Positions 39,899 through 49,867 of a DNA stretch of 64,000 bases are shown here, in pieces; position 1 is the first letter of the stretch, and the number at the start of each line of letters is the position of its first letter. Origin of the DNA: Candidatus Bathyarchaeota archaeon (lineage in GTDB: Archaea > Thermoproteota > Bathyarchaeia > Bathyarchaeales > Bathycorpusculaceae); contig CAVTBV010000012.1 of assembly GCA_963733095.1 (NCBI GenBank), positions 160,001 to 224,000 on the forward strand, written 5' to 3'. Below the pieces are notes generated by a model. The model was given only the letters and a program-made list of their open reading frames with translations. It made no database searches and was not told the DNA's origin. The position numbers and the translations under genes were made by a program.

Positions 39899-42800
39899 CA
39901 CGTTGACCGTTTTGATCGATCTTATTCCTGGTCCAGCCATAGTGGTGGATTACTCTGGAAAAATTAAAGGCGCAAATGAGATGGCTGGACGGTTTGTAGG
40001 TTACAAAAAAGAAGATTTAATTGAAAAAAGCTTTTCAAACCTGAGTTTTATCAGCGAAGAAGACAAAAAGTTGATAGCGAGAAACATCAAGCAACGGTTG
40101 ACAGGCTCTAACATCCCACCGTACGAAATAAAAATAACAGCTATAAACGGAGAGGTCAAGAACCTCAAAGTTAGCGGGAACCGATTCATAAATGAAGGGG
40201 AAACATTTGACCTCGCCATCTTGCAGGATATTACGGAAGAAAACAAGGTGCAACCTGAGGCCAGACAGGAGCTGTTTGAAAGTGTTGAAAAACATCTAGG
40301 CATAATTGACGCAATAAAAGAAGCTATAATCATAGTGGACGAGGAAGCTAAGATTACTTATTGGAATCCGGCGGCTGAAAAAACCTTCGGCTACACAAAC
40401 CAAGAGGCAATCGGTAGAGATGTGCATGAACTGGTTGTTCCAAGTTCAATGTGTCGAGAAGGAAAAGAACGCATCGCTCTGAGCGTCAAAACTTTCACTC
40501 AGACAGGAATGGGCTACTTTACGGTGGGAACCGTTGAATTAGTGGGACGCCGAAAGAACCTAAGCGAATTCCCAGTTGAATTATCGATTTCTACAACCAA
40601 GCTAAATGGCAAATGGGTTGCTGTTGGAGTAGTCAAAGACATAACCAAAAGAAAACAGGCAGAACAAAAACTAAAAGATGCTGAACAACGCTACCAAGCA
40701 ATCTTTAATCGTGCCCCGTTAGGCTTGTTAGTCATTGACCCCGAAACGGCTGCATTCGTTGAATTCAACGATATTGCCCATCAACAATTGGGGTATTCAA
40801 GGGAAGAATTTGAAAAAATAACAATCTGCGACATCGAGACTAATGAAACACCGGAAAAAGTAAAAGCTCATATAAAAAAAATGTTGAACCAAGGAGAAGG
40901 AGAATTTGAAACTGAACACCAGACTAAAAATGGTGAAAAAAGAACTGTCTTGGTAACGACTAGAACCTTTAAGCTCGCGGACAAAAAGTACCTGTATTCA
41001 ATTTTCCACGACATCACAGAAACTAAAAAAGTGCGAACTACCTTAATGAAAAGTGAAGCAAGGTATCGTCAACTAATTGAACTTGCCCAAGAAGGCATTT
41101 GGGCAATAGACACCGATTTCACTACAGTCTTTGTTAATCCCCACATGGCACAGATGTTAGGTTACACTGAAAGTGAAATGGTTGGAAAAAAACTCTTCGC
41201 CTTCCTAGACGAAGAAATTGTTGAAACCGTAAAGAACACCATAGAACAATTCAACCATCACAAGATAGAAGGATCGATTGAATATGCGTTTCCACGCAAA
41301 GACGGAGGCCGCATCGATACAAGCATAACAATGTCCACAATAACCGACGATTTAGGGCGAATAAGTGGAACACTTGCGGTGATGGTAGATTTAACCGAAC
41401 GGAAAAAAGCCGAAAAAGCGCTTAAAGAAAGCGAAGAATTATCGAGAGCAATAGTTGCAAACGCGCCAATAGGAATTGCAACCTCGGATGCAAGCTACCA
41501 TTTTATGAGTGCGAATGAAGCATTCTGTAAAATACTCGGATACTCAGAGCAGGAACTGAGGAAACTAACATTTAGAGAAATCACCTATCCCGAAGACCTC
41601 AAAGATAGTGTCGCCCAAATGAAGGCACTTGAAACAGGAAATCTATCTTCTTTAGTGCATGAAAAACGTTATTTCAAGAAAGACGGATCAGTTATGGTTG
41701 GCAGAATCATTGTTAACACAATAAAAGATCAAACTGGACAACCTATTATCTTCATTGCAGAACTTGAAGATGTAACAAAGAGCAAAAAACTCGAAGACGA
41801 TCTACGGTCAAGCGAAGAACGATTCCGAGCCATCAGCACCTCTGCCATGGACTCCATCATCTTAAGCGATGAAGAAGACAGAGTAATTTACTGGAATCCT
41901 GCCGCAGAGAAAATGTTCGGATTTGCTGAGAGCGAAGCGGTGGGTCAAAAGCTAAGAGACATAGTTATCCCGCCCAATGGGCAAAAGAATCATGAAGAGT
42001 TACTAAAAGAACTACGTAACCGCTCCCTGTCAAAGACTCATAGCGGTTTTTTGGCACTTAGAAAAGATGGAAGCCTATTCCCAATTGATCTCTCTGTAGT
42101 GTCAGTTAAATTGAAAGATAAGACCTGTCTGCTGTCAATAATTAGGGATGTTACTGAGTGGAAAGCCATGGAAGAAGCGCTAAGGCAAGAGCGGGATATG
42201 CTTGAAAACATGGCTGCAAACATAGATGCCGGCTTGACAATTATCAGCCGAGACTATCGCATCTTGTGGGCTAACAAATTGTTGAAACAAATAAACGGTA
42301 CCGATGATTTAGAGAATAAATTGTGTTATTCCATTTTTAATAAGTCAAACCAGATCTGCCAAGATTGTGGTGTGAAAAAAATCTTTGAAGATGGAGCATT
42401 AGTTGACAGGCATGATTTCAACTTCAAATTTGACGGTCGAGACGATTGGATTGAACTTATTGTAACTCCAGTAAAGGACAAAGATGGCAAAGTAATTGCT
42501 GCTTTGGAGCTTGCAGTTAATATTACTGAGAGAAAACGGCTACAGACAAAGCTTGGAGAGTACTCGCTAAAACTAGAGGAATTGGTGCAAAAAAGAACTG
42601 AGCAACTAAAGAAAACTCAGGCTGAACTTGTAAAGTCAGAGAGGTTGGCAGCTATCGGCGAATTGGCAGGCATGGTTGGGCATGACCTACGTAACCCCTT
42701 GACTGGAATCAAGAATTCTGCTTACTTTATAAAGAAGAAGGGATCCGAAATCTCCCAAAGCCAAGCTCACGATATGCTTGAAACAATCGATAAATGTGTA

Positions 42801-43322
42801 GATTACTCCAACAAGATTGTCAACGATCTTTTGGATTATTCAAGAGAGATCAATTTGGACTCAAAAGATGAATCCCTCAAACAATTAGTCACTGAATCCC
42901 TCAGTCTCCTCGAGGTCCCTGAAAACATCGAACCCCAAAACCAGCTAAACGATGAGCCTACAGTAAAAGTTGATGCAAACAAGATCAAAAGGGTATTCGT
43001 AAACCTGATCAAAAATGCTATTGACGCAATGCCAAACGGGGGTAAAATTACAATTTGTAGCAAGCAGGTCAATGATTACGTGGAGGTTTATTTCTCAGAC
43101 ACGGGCGCAGGCATTGCGGAGGATATTTTGCCGAAGCTTTTTTCGCCGTTGTTTACGACAAAAGCGCAGGGGATGGGCTTTGGCTTAGCTATCTGCAAAC
43201 GCATAACTGAGGCACATGGCGGGACAGTATCTGTTAAAACGGTTCATGGTCAAGGAACCACGTTTACGTTAACTTTTCCGATTGAACCTAAATTTGAAGT
43301 TGGAGGTGAAACATATGGATAA
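39864..43322 (+). CDS. Cytoplasmic multi-PAS sensor histidine kinase
   Basis: About seven PAS repeats (WNPAAEK.FGY, N......LGY); H-box GHDLRNPL; N-box NLIKNA; DTGAGI, FTTK, GMGFGL; no TM segment. Confidence 0.95.
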   Translation: MLENDKNKKINDTLTVLIDLIPGPAIVVDYSGKIKGANEMAGRFVGYKKEDLIEKSFSNLSFISEEDKKLIARNIKQRLTGSNIPPYEIKITAINGEVKNLKVSGNRFINEGETFDLAILQDITEENKVQPEARQELFESVEKHLGIIDAIKEAIIIVDEEAKITYWNPAAEKTFGYTNQEAIGRDVHELVVPSSMCREGKERIALSVKTFTQTGMGYFTVGTVELVGRRKNLSEFPVELSISTTKLNGKWVAVGVVKDITKRKQAEQKLKDAEQRYQAIFNRAPLGLLVIDPETAAFVEFNDIAHQQLGYSREEFEKITICDIETNETPEKVKAHIKKMLNQGEGEFETEHQTKNGEKRTVLVTTRTFKLADKKYLYSIFHDITETKKVRTTLMKSEARYRQLIELAQEGIWAIDTDFTTVFVNPHMAQMLGYTESEMVGKKLFAFLDEEIVETVKNTIEQFNHHKIEGSIEYAFPRKDGGRIDTSITMSTITDDLGRISGTLAVMVDLTERKKAEKALKESEELSRAIVANAPIGIATSDASYHFMSANEAFCKILGYSEQELRKLTFREITYPEDLKDSVAQMKALETGNLSSLVHEKRYFKKDGSVMVGRIIVNTIKDQTGQPIIFIAELEDVTKSKKLEDDLRSSEERFRAISTSAMDSIILSDEEDRVIYWNPAAEKMFGFAESEAVGQKLRDIVIPPNGQKNHEELLKELRNRSLSKTHSGFLALRKDGSLFPIDLSVVSVKLKDKTCLLSIIRDVTEWKAMEEALRQERDMLENMAANIDAGLTIISRDYRILWANKLLKQINGTDDLENKLCYSIFNKSNQICQDCGVKKIFEDGALVDRHDFNFKFDGRDDWIELIVTPVKDKDGKVIAALELAVNITERKRLQTKLGEYSLKLEELVQKRTEQLKKTQAELVKSERLAAIGELAGMVGHDLRNPLTGIKNSAYFIKKKGSEISQSQAHDMLETIDKCVDYSNKIVNDLLDYSREINLDSKDESLKQLVTESLSLLEVPENIEPQNQLNDEPTVKVDANKIKRVFVNLIKNAIDAMPNGGKITICSKQVNDYVEVYFSDTGAGIAEDILPKLFSPLFTTKAQGMGFGLAICKRITEAHGGTVSVKTVHGQGTTFTLTFPIEPKFEVGGETYG

Positions 43323-43767
43323 ATATACCAAAATTCTCGTCGTCGATGACGATGAAACAATCAGAAAAACTATGAAAGCTATTCTTGAAGATGAAGGGTA
43401 CATTGTCGATATAGCAGCCAACGGTAAAGAAGCAATTCAGAAAACACACGAAAAAACCTACAATATTGCGTTGCTTGACATTCGGTTGCCAGACATAGAA
43501 GGCGTAGAACTTTTGAAAATGATGAAGGAAACCGTTCCTAAAACACGCAAAATAATGGTAACGGGTTACCCGTCGATGCAGAACGCTATAAGTGCATTAA
43601 ACAAGAATGCCGACGCATACTTGCTTAAACCAGTGGACATCGAAAAGCTTCTGAGTACAGTTAGGGAACAATTGCAAGCTCAAGAGAACGAACGCAAGTT
43701 TAGCGAGCAAAAAGTCGCTGAATTCATCGAAAGCCGAGTTAAAGAAATGTCAGCCGACACCATTTAG
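43315..43767 (+). CDS. Response regulator receiver protein
   Basis: ILVVDDD, LLDIRLPD..G, VTG, YLLKP; GGAGGTGA RBS. Confidence 0.94.
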   Translation: MDKYTKILVVDDDETIRKTMKAILEDEGYIVDIAANGKEAIQKTHEKTYNIALLDIRLPDIEGVELLKMMKETVPKTRKIMVTGYPSMQNAISALNKNADAYLLKPVDIEKLLSTVREQLQAQENERKFSEQKVAEFIESRVKEMSADTI

Positions 43768-43901
43768 GCAACACTACAATCCCAAATTTTCTATTCTTTA
43801 ATATATTTTTCAAGAATCTTATGCCAGTCAAAAACCAGTTTTTAAACAGAAAATTAATATGGCGCGCTTGTGCAAAAACATGGACAATGGAGAGTTAAAA
43901 A

Positions 43902-44114
43902 TTGAGTTTTGGAAACCTGAAGATTTTTAGCGGGGTTCAACAGGCGCTTGTATTAGCTTTGATGCTTGTGTCGATGTTCGTTCTATTCTACGTTAACATA
44001 GACTGGACATTCAAGATAGGCATCGCAGTAATAGTGTTCGCAATAATCTTCTTAGCGACCTTGGCAGCTAGTCTTCTGCAGCAACAAAGAGAACTTAGAC
44101 GAAACCAAAAATAA
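43902..44114 (+). CDS. Small two-TM membrane protein
   Basis: Two hydrophobic helices, charged tail; GGAG upstream. Confidence 0.6.
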   Translation: MSFGNLKIFSGVQQALVLALMLVSMFVLFYVNIDWTFKIGIAVIVFAIIFLATLAASLLQQQRELRRNQK

Positions 44115-44411
44115 TCTGCATTTTGAATTTTCATTCTACCTGCCCCGCCTCAGCCATGTCGTTTTGTTGATGCTTTAATAAAGGGTTAAGAAGCGAATTG
44201 CCCAGATAAGGGACAAAGATTTAATCGGGCTATCCCAAACTGCTCAAAGATAATTCAGTTGCTATACTATAAAAAATTTAATTCTGCAAACCCTTCGAAT
44301 CCTAATAGAAACTCATTTCACAAACTATAGAGAGGCAGGTCAAATCACTAACGGCGAGTTATTGAAACTACGAGACAAGGTCAAAAAATAGAAAGAAAAC
44401 AAAAGGAGGGC

Positions 44412-45215
44412 TTAGTCGGAGTATAGTTTTTGGTAAGGTCGTTTCGAGAGAGGCAGTATCTTTTTGAATTTCCCGCTGAGTATTGTTTTTGGGTCGGCGC
44501 CGAAGTTGCTGCAGTATTCGTTGACTAAACTTTCGATTAGTTGCATATCGCGTTTGCCGACTGGCAAGGTTTTGGTGCCGGCTTCGGGTTCCAGTATGTC
44601 TCCGCGTTCGTAGATTACTCCGCCATGCATTCCTGTACCGACGAATCGAGCTTTGCATTTTTCGCCTTCTTTAAGGTTCAAACCCAAGATGACGATGACT
44701 CCACCAGCCATGTATTCTGCAAGGAAGTCGCCTGCGGTTTCTCCGACAACTATCTGCGGAATCTTGTTTTTGTATTCTTTCATGTGGATGCCAACGCGGT
44801 AGCCTACGTAGTCTTTGACGAAGATTTTGCCGCCTCGCATCGAGTGCCCCGTTAAGTCTCCAGCGTGGCCATGGACGATGATTTGGCCGTCGTTCATGGT
44901 GTTGCCGCTGGCATCTTGGGCGTTGCCGTGGATTACCATTTTTGGTCCACACATGAATGCGCCAAGGTCATTGCCGGGTGTTCCGTAAATATCGATTTGG
45001 ATGTTGGTGTCTAAGTCGGTTCCGAGGTATCTTTGTCCGCAAACGTTGTGGAGTTCGATGCGTTCGATATCATGTGTGATTACGGCGCGTAGGAGGCAGT
45101 TTAGTTCTTTGTAGTAGAGGTCTTCCGCGTTTATTTTTGCTACTTTACCTTCGATTTTTATGTGGGATTGGAATTTAGGGTCGATTTCTATTAGTTTACA
45201 TTTTATCTGCTGCAT
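44412..45215 (-). CDS. Glutamate synthase GXGXG (domain 3) subunit
   Basis: GQRYLG, GTPGNDLGAFM, GNTM..G, G..M.GG beta-helix repeats. Confidence 0.92.
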   Translation of the reverse strand: MQQIKCKLIEIDPKFQSHIKIEGKVAKINAEDLYYKELNCLLRAVITHDIERIELHNVCGQRYLGTDLDTNIQIDIYGTPGNDLGAFMCGPKMVIHGNAQDASGNTMNDGQIIVHGHAGDLTGHSMRGGKIFVKDYVGYRVGIHMKEYKNKIPQIVVGETAGDFLAEYMAGGVIVILGLNLKEGEKCKARFVGTGMHGGVIYERGDILEPEAGTKTLPVGKRDMQLIESLVNEYCSNFGADPKTILSGKFKKILPLSKRPYQKLYSD

Positions 45216-45219
45216 TTTC

Positions 45220-46731
45220 TTAGGCTCCTGCCATTTTAACGCCAAGTATCTTGAGTTCGGTCTTGGTTAAACCAACACCTCTTAGAGCTAAGCGGTTGCC
45301 GCGTAAGCTTTCGATTGCGTTTATGCCCATGCCGCCCATCATGTCCTTAATCTCGAGGCTCCAGCTGTTGAGTAGATTTACGAGACGTTCGGATGCTATG
45401 TCTGGGTTTATGCGTTTGCTAATCCAAGGGTCGCTTGTCGCGATGCCCCATGGACATTTGCCTGTGTAGCAGCGTTGACAAACCGTGCAGCCCATCGCAA
45501 TCAAAGCTGCCGTGCCAATGTATATTGCGTCTGCACCTAACGCGATAGCCTTTATCACATCAGCAGCGCTTCTGATACCGCCTGCCGCCACCACTGAAGC
45601 GTTGTTGCGTATGCCTTCTTCACGGAGACGTTGGTCTACTTGCGCGACAGCTAATTCGATGGGTATACCTACATTATCTCGAATAACTTTGGGTGCCGCG
45701 CCTGTTGCTCCTCGAACACCATCTAACGCGATTATGTCTGCTCCAGCCCGAACCATACCGCTTGCGATGGCGGGTGCGTTGTGAACGGCTGCGATTTTAA
45801 CGGAGATCGGTTTAGTGTAGTTGGTCGCTTCTTTGAGCGCAAAGATTAACTGTCGCAGGTCTTCAATTGAGTAGATGTCGTGTTGGGGTGCGGGGGAGAG
45901 CGCGTCGGTGCCCTGTGGGATCATGCGAGTTTTTGCTACGTGTTCAGTTACTTTTTCGCCTGGAAGGTGACCGCCGATTCCTGGTTTGGCGCCTTGCCCG
46001 ATTTTAATTTCTACGGCTGCGCCTGCGTCAAGGTAGTTGGAGTGGACACCAAATCTGCCTGATGCAACCTGAACAATGGTGTTCGCACCATATTTGTAGA
46101 GGCTCTTGTCCAAGCCGCCTTCACCCGTGTTCCAGTAGGTTCCGCATTCTGTTGCCGCACGCGCTAAGGATTCGTGCACGTTCAAGCTGATGGCGCCATA
46201 AGACATAGCTGAGAACATGATTGGCGTATCCAAGCAAAGCTGCGGAGTTAATTGGGTCTTTAGCACGGTATCGCCGTTCTCGACTGCCAAATCTAAGTGG
46301 TCGGGTTTTGCACCAAGGTAAGTTCGGATTTCCATCGGTTCCCGTAGCGGGTCAATTGAGGGGTTGGTAACTTGGCTTGCGTTAAGGAGCAGGCGGTCCC
46401 AGTAAGTGAAGTCGGGTTTGTCGCAGCCCATGCCCGTTAAGATGACGCCTCCGGTTTCCGCTTGTTTTTTCACGTCGCGGATGGCTTCCATTCTCCAGTT
46501 GGCGTTGTCTCTGCTGACGTTTGGGTTCTTTTTGATTGTTATAGCGTGGGTTGGGCAGAAGGTTACGCATCGTTGGCAGTTAACGCAGTTCTCGTCTTTG
46601 CTGCAGACGGTGTCGGTTTCTTGGTCGTAGAAGTGTGTTTCGTAGGTGCATTGGTTCACACATACTTTGCAGCGTATGCACCGTTTCTCGTCTCGTTCAA
46701 CGAGGTATTCAGGTATTATGTAGGTTTTCAT
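45220..46731 (-). CDS. Glutamate synthase FMN-binding (domain 2) subunit with N-terminal 2x[4Fe-4S]
   Basis: CIRCKVCVNQC/CVNCQRCVTFCP, AMSYGAIS, TGEGG, QVASGRFGV, KIGQGAKPGIGGHLPG.KV, CTVCQRCYTGKCP. Confidence 0.95.
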   Translation of the reverse strand: MKTYIIPEYLVERDEKRCIRCKVCVNQCTYETHFYDQETDTVCSKDENCVNCQRCVTFCPTHAITIKKNPNVSRDNANWRMEAIRDVKKQAETGGVILTGMGCDKPDFTYWDRLLLNASQVTNPSIDPLREPMEIRTYLGAKPDHLDLAVENGDTVLKTQLTPQLCLDTPIMFSAMSYGAISLNVHESLARAATECGTYWNTGEGGLDKSLYKYGANTIVQVASGRFGVHSNYLDAGAAVEIKIGQGAKPGIGGHLPGEKVTEHVAKTRMIPQGTDALSPAPQHDIYSIEDLRQLIFALKEATNYTKPISVKIAAVHNAPAIASGMVRAGADIIALDGVRGATGAAPKVIRDNVGIPIELAVAQVDQRLREEGIRNNASVVAAGGIRSAADVIKAIALGADAIYIGTAALIAMGCTVCQRCYTGKCPWGIATSDPWISKRINPDIASERLVNLLNSWSLEIKDMMGGMGINAIESLRGNRLALRGVGLTKTELKILGVKMAGA

Positions 46732-47870
46732 TACATTACGCCTCCAGCGAGGATTTCAGCTGATGGTTTGCTGTTGTTTTTTAGTCTGCAAACGACAGGT
46801 TCTCCACCGCGGGGCGCCCAGAACTTGTCAAGTTGGGGCGAAACAAGCCTCATTGCAGCTTCTTCTGAAGATAGGAACATGTAGTCGCCTTTCGTGCCAG
46901 CAACCATGGGGCGAAGCTTGATTCTGTCGGTTAACCCTATCATTTCGCCGTGGTGAGCGATGACTATGCTGAAGGGTCCGTTCATCAGTAGGCTACCGTA
47001 AGTTTGCCGCAGCGTCCGCAACAGATTTGCCTGTTTGGGTTCCATGCGGTCTATTTCACTCCAGAGCGGTGCAGCAAGGATTTGGGCTACAAGTTCGATG
47101 GGGAGTTGTTGTCTTCGCATCAGCAAGTCTACTGCGTAGGCTAAGACTTCGGTATCAGTTTGCATGGTGCATTTGTAACCGTACATTTCTAGGTAGCGCC
47201 GGTTTATGCCGTAGGATGAGAGTTCGCCGTTGTGTACGACTGTCCAGTCTAGGATGTTGAATGGGTGTGCTCCGCCCCACCAGCCCGGAGTGTTAGTTGG
47301 GAATCGGCTGTGGCATGACCAAAGGTAGCCTTGGTAGTCTTCTAAGCAGAAGAACTCTGCGACGTCCTCGGGAAAACCAACGCCTTTGAAGACGCCCATG
47401 TTTTTGCCGCTGGAGAAGACAAATGCTTTGCCGGTTTCTGTGTTAATCCGCATGACTGCATCTAATACATAGTCTTCTTCTGTTTGGTTTTCGGGGCGCT
47501 GTTTTTTTAGTTGAACAAAGTAACGCCAGACTAGTGGTGGATCTCGCACGTTGGCTGGTTTGGTCTGCATCTCTTCATCGTAGGTTATGTCAAATTTTTG
47601 GGCGAGTATGCGGTCAGTTTTCTCTTTTGCGTCCTTGCTTAGGTACATTACATGGAATGCGTAGTATTCTTTGAAGTCTGGGTATATGCCATAGACTGCG
47701 AAGCCGCCGCCTAAGCCGTTGCCGCGGTCATGCATGTTTGCCATGGCGCGCACAGGGTCTTTTGAGCCGAAACGTTTGCCGTCGGTGTTCATTGCTGCGA
47801 AGATGCCGCAGGCTGAGAAATCCTTGTCGTCGCCGAATGGATTGATTATTTTTTGGTCGTTTTGATTCAT
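46731..47870 (-). CDS. Glutamate synthase amidotransferase (domain 1) subunit
   Basis: ACGIF, RGNGLGGG, HSRFPTNT..W..AHPF, HNGE, TDTE, DR..LRP. Confidence 0.93.
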   Translation of the reverse strand: MNQNDQKIINPFGDDKDFSACGIFAAMNTDGKRFGSKDPVRAMANMHDRGNGLGGGFAVYGIYPDFKEYYAFHVMYLSKDAKEKTDRILAQKFDITYDEEMQTKPANVRDPPLVWRYFVQLKKQRPENQTEEDYVLDAVMRINTETGKAFVFSSGKNMGVFKGVGFPEDVAEFFCLEDYQGYLWSCHSRFPTNTPGWWGGAHPFNILDWTVVHNGELSSYGINRRYLEMYGYKCTMQTDTEVLAYAVDLLMRRQQLPIELVAQILAAPLWSEIDRMEPKQANLLRTLRQTYGSLLMNGPFSIVIAHHGEMIGLTDRIKLRPMVAGTKGDYMFLSSEEAAMRLVSPQLDKFWAPRGGEPVVCRLKNNSKPSAEILAGGVM

Positions 47871-49150
47871 TATTGTACCACACTCATTTTTCGTTGAAGA
47901 GTAACAGGCAGAACTGCCCAGCCGAAATCATCTCTTAGCAGGTCTTGCTTGAATTTTTTCACGTTAACTTGATTCTTCATCAGGCTGAAGATAATTCCAG
48001 CGCGGTCAATGCAGTTAACAAGTGTCATGCCAACGATTATGTTGTTTTTGAGGACCAGTTTCTTGTACACGTTGTTTTCTTTGTCCTCTTTAACGAGCAC
48101 TTCGAGCGTTGGGTCATCTTTGGGGTTAGCTAAGCCAATTGAGACGATGGGTATGCCGAAATACTTGAGGCTGCTCATGTTGGTTCCGCCTTCATAGCTG
48201 GCTTTTGAGCCTGCCATGTTGTATCCTGCAACTCTGCCCTCCAAAACCGCCAAAGGCCACAGAGGCAAAAGACGGTTCTGGTTGAGTATGAAATCATATG
48301 CTTCGGCAACATCTCCGCTGGCGTAAACGTCAGGCACGTTGGTCTGCATGAAATTATCAACGACTATGCCCCGGTTTATTTTCACATCGGTTCCCACTAC
48401 AAGTTCGGTTCTTGGAATGACACCGATGGCTACGATTACTAGGTCGCAGGGCACTTGATCGCCTTTTGTCAAGATTACTCCCCCGACTGCGGCGTCGTTT
48501 TCGGGTTTGCCAATGATTTTTTGTACTGATTGACCGGTGGCAAAGTTGACGCCTGCCTTTCGGATAATGGCTTCAACGATGTCAGATGCCTTGGCATCTA
48601 AGAGTAAGCTTAGGATTTTGTCCTGGAGCTCTACGACGGTGACTTGTAAACCGCGTTTTGTGAGGGCTTCAGTTACGCTTATCCCGATTAGACCTGCACC
48701 GATAACCACCGCGCTTTTAGCGTGTATGCTTCCAATTTTTGCAGCTAAACGCTGGGCGTCTGAGATGTTTGTGAAGGTGAATACACCGTCTTTTTCTTGA
48801 CCGTCCATCTTTGGAACGAACGGTTTGCCGCCTGTTGCAAGCAGAAGCTTCTCGTAAGCTACTTTTTCTCCGTCTTCTAAGATTACGGTTTTTTCCGTTA
48901 AGTTTAGGCTTACCGCTTTTTTGCCTAGGCGTGGTTCAGCGATGTTGACTTTCCAGAAGTCTTCGGTTTTGCAATTCATTTTTTGTAGGTCTGCTTTGCC
49001 GCTGACTAAGTCGCTAATCATTGGGCGGCTGTAGTGTGCGCAGGCTTCTTCTGTGATTACAGTGATTGCGCCAACTGGGTCTACTTTGCGGATTGCTTCG
49101 ACTGCGGCTACTCCTGCTGCTGAGGCGCCAACAATTACGTACTTCGACAT
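47870..49150 (-). CDS. FAD/NAD(P)H-dependent oxidoreductase (NirB/rubredoxin-reductase-like)
   Basis: IVGASAAG, LLLATG, VIGAGLIG, T..PDVYA.GD; ATG overlaps the upstream TAA (TAATG). Confidence 0.9.
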   Translation of the reverse strand: MSKYVIVGASAAGVAAVEAIRKVDPVGAITVITEEACAHYSRPMISDLVSGKADLQKMNCKTEDFWKVNIAEPRLGKKAVSLNLTEKTVILEDGEKVAYEKLLLATGGKPFVPKMDGQEKDGVFTFTNISDAQRLAAKIGSIHAKSAVVIGAGLIGISVTEALTKRGLQVTVVELQDKILSLLLDAKASDIVEAIIRKAGVNFATGQSVQKIIGKPENDAAVGGVILTKGDQVPCDLVIVAIGVIPRTELVVGTDVKINRGIVVDNFMQTNVPDVYASGDVAEAYDFILNQNRLLPLWPLAVLEGRVAGYNMAGSKASYEGGTNMSSLKYFGIPIVSIGLANPKDDPTLEVLVKEDKENNVYKKLVLKNNIIVGMTLVNCIDRAGIIFSLMKNQVNVKKFKQDLLRDDFGWAVLPVTLQRKMSVVQ

Positions 49151-49593
49151 TATGGTTTTACCTCCTTGAATACTAACGCTTGGTTGGGACAGTTGGCAAC
49201 GCACGCTGGTTCGGCTAGTCCTTGGCAGAGGTCACATTTAGCGACAACTTTGCCTTCTTTATCCATGATTAATGCACCGTAGGGGCAGACCATGACGCAG
49301 GTCCAGCAGCCCATGCATTTGTCTTTGTTGTGGGTAACTTCGCCTGTTTTGGGGTCTTTTGTCATTGCTCCGGCTAGGCAGGCGGTTACGCATGGTGCGT
49401 CTTCGCAGTGGCGGCATTGGATTGCGAAGGAGACGGGTTTGTTTACTTCGCGTCGGATTCTGGCTATGGGTTTGGGGTGTTCACTGTTGTAGGCTTTGAC
49501 TATATCTTTTGATTTTGAATGTGCTGTGGTGCAGTAGACTTCGCATAGTCCGCAGCCCATGCAGGCTTCTTGTTTTGCGATTATTTTTTTCAT
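49150..49593 (-). CDS. 4Fe-4S dicluster (CooF/HydN-like) electron-transfer protein
   Basis: CMGCGLCEVYC, CRHCEDAPCVTAC, CMGCWTCVMVCP, KCDLC..PACVANCP. Confidence 0.92.
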   Translation of the reverse strand: MKKIIAKQEACMGCGLCEVYCTTAHSKSKDIVKAYNSEHPKPIARIRREVNKPVSFAIQCRHCEDAPCVTACLAGAMTKDPKTGEVTHNKDKCMGCWTCVMVCPYGALIMDKEGKVVAKCDLCQGLAEPACVANCPNQALVFKEVKP

Positions 49594-49867
49594 ACCTTAA
49601 ACCTCTATTTTGTTGGGTTAGCGCGGACAAGTGAGCATTTGCACATGGAGTTCAACGTCACTTGTGCAAAGTACGCCCTTGCTTGTTGATGCTTGATTAT
49701 CTTTTTTGATTAGTATTTTGCAGGTGTTTAACGGCATTTTATTGCCCTCTTTTTAGGAGCTAGCCCACCAAATAGCATGTATATTATATAACTTTGTTGT
49801 TAATCATTTATATGTAACTTAAGGAAATATGTAATCTAAATGAAACATTTATCAAAACGGTGAGTAT

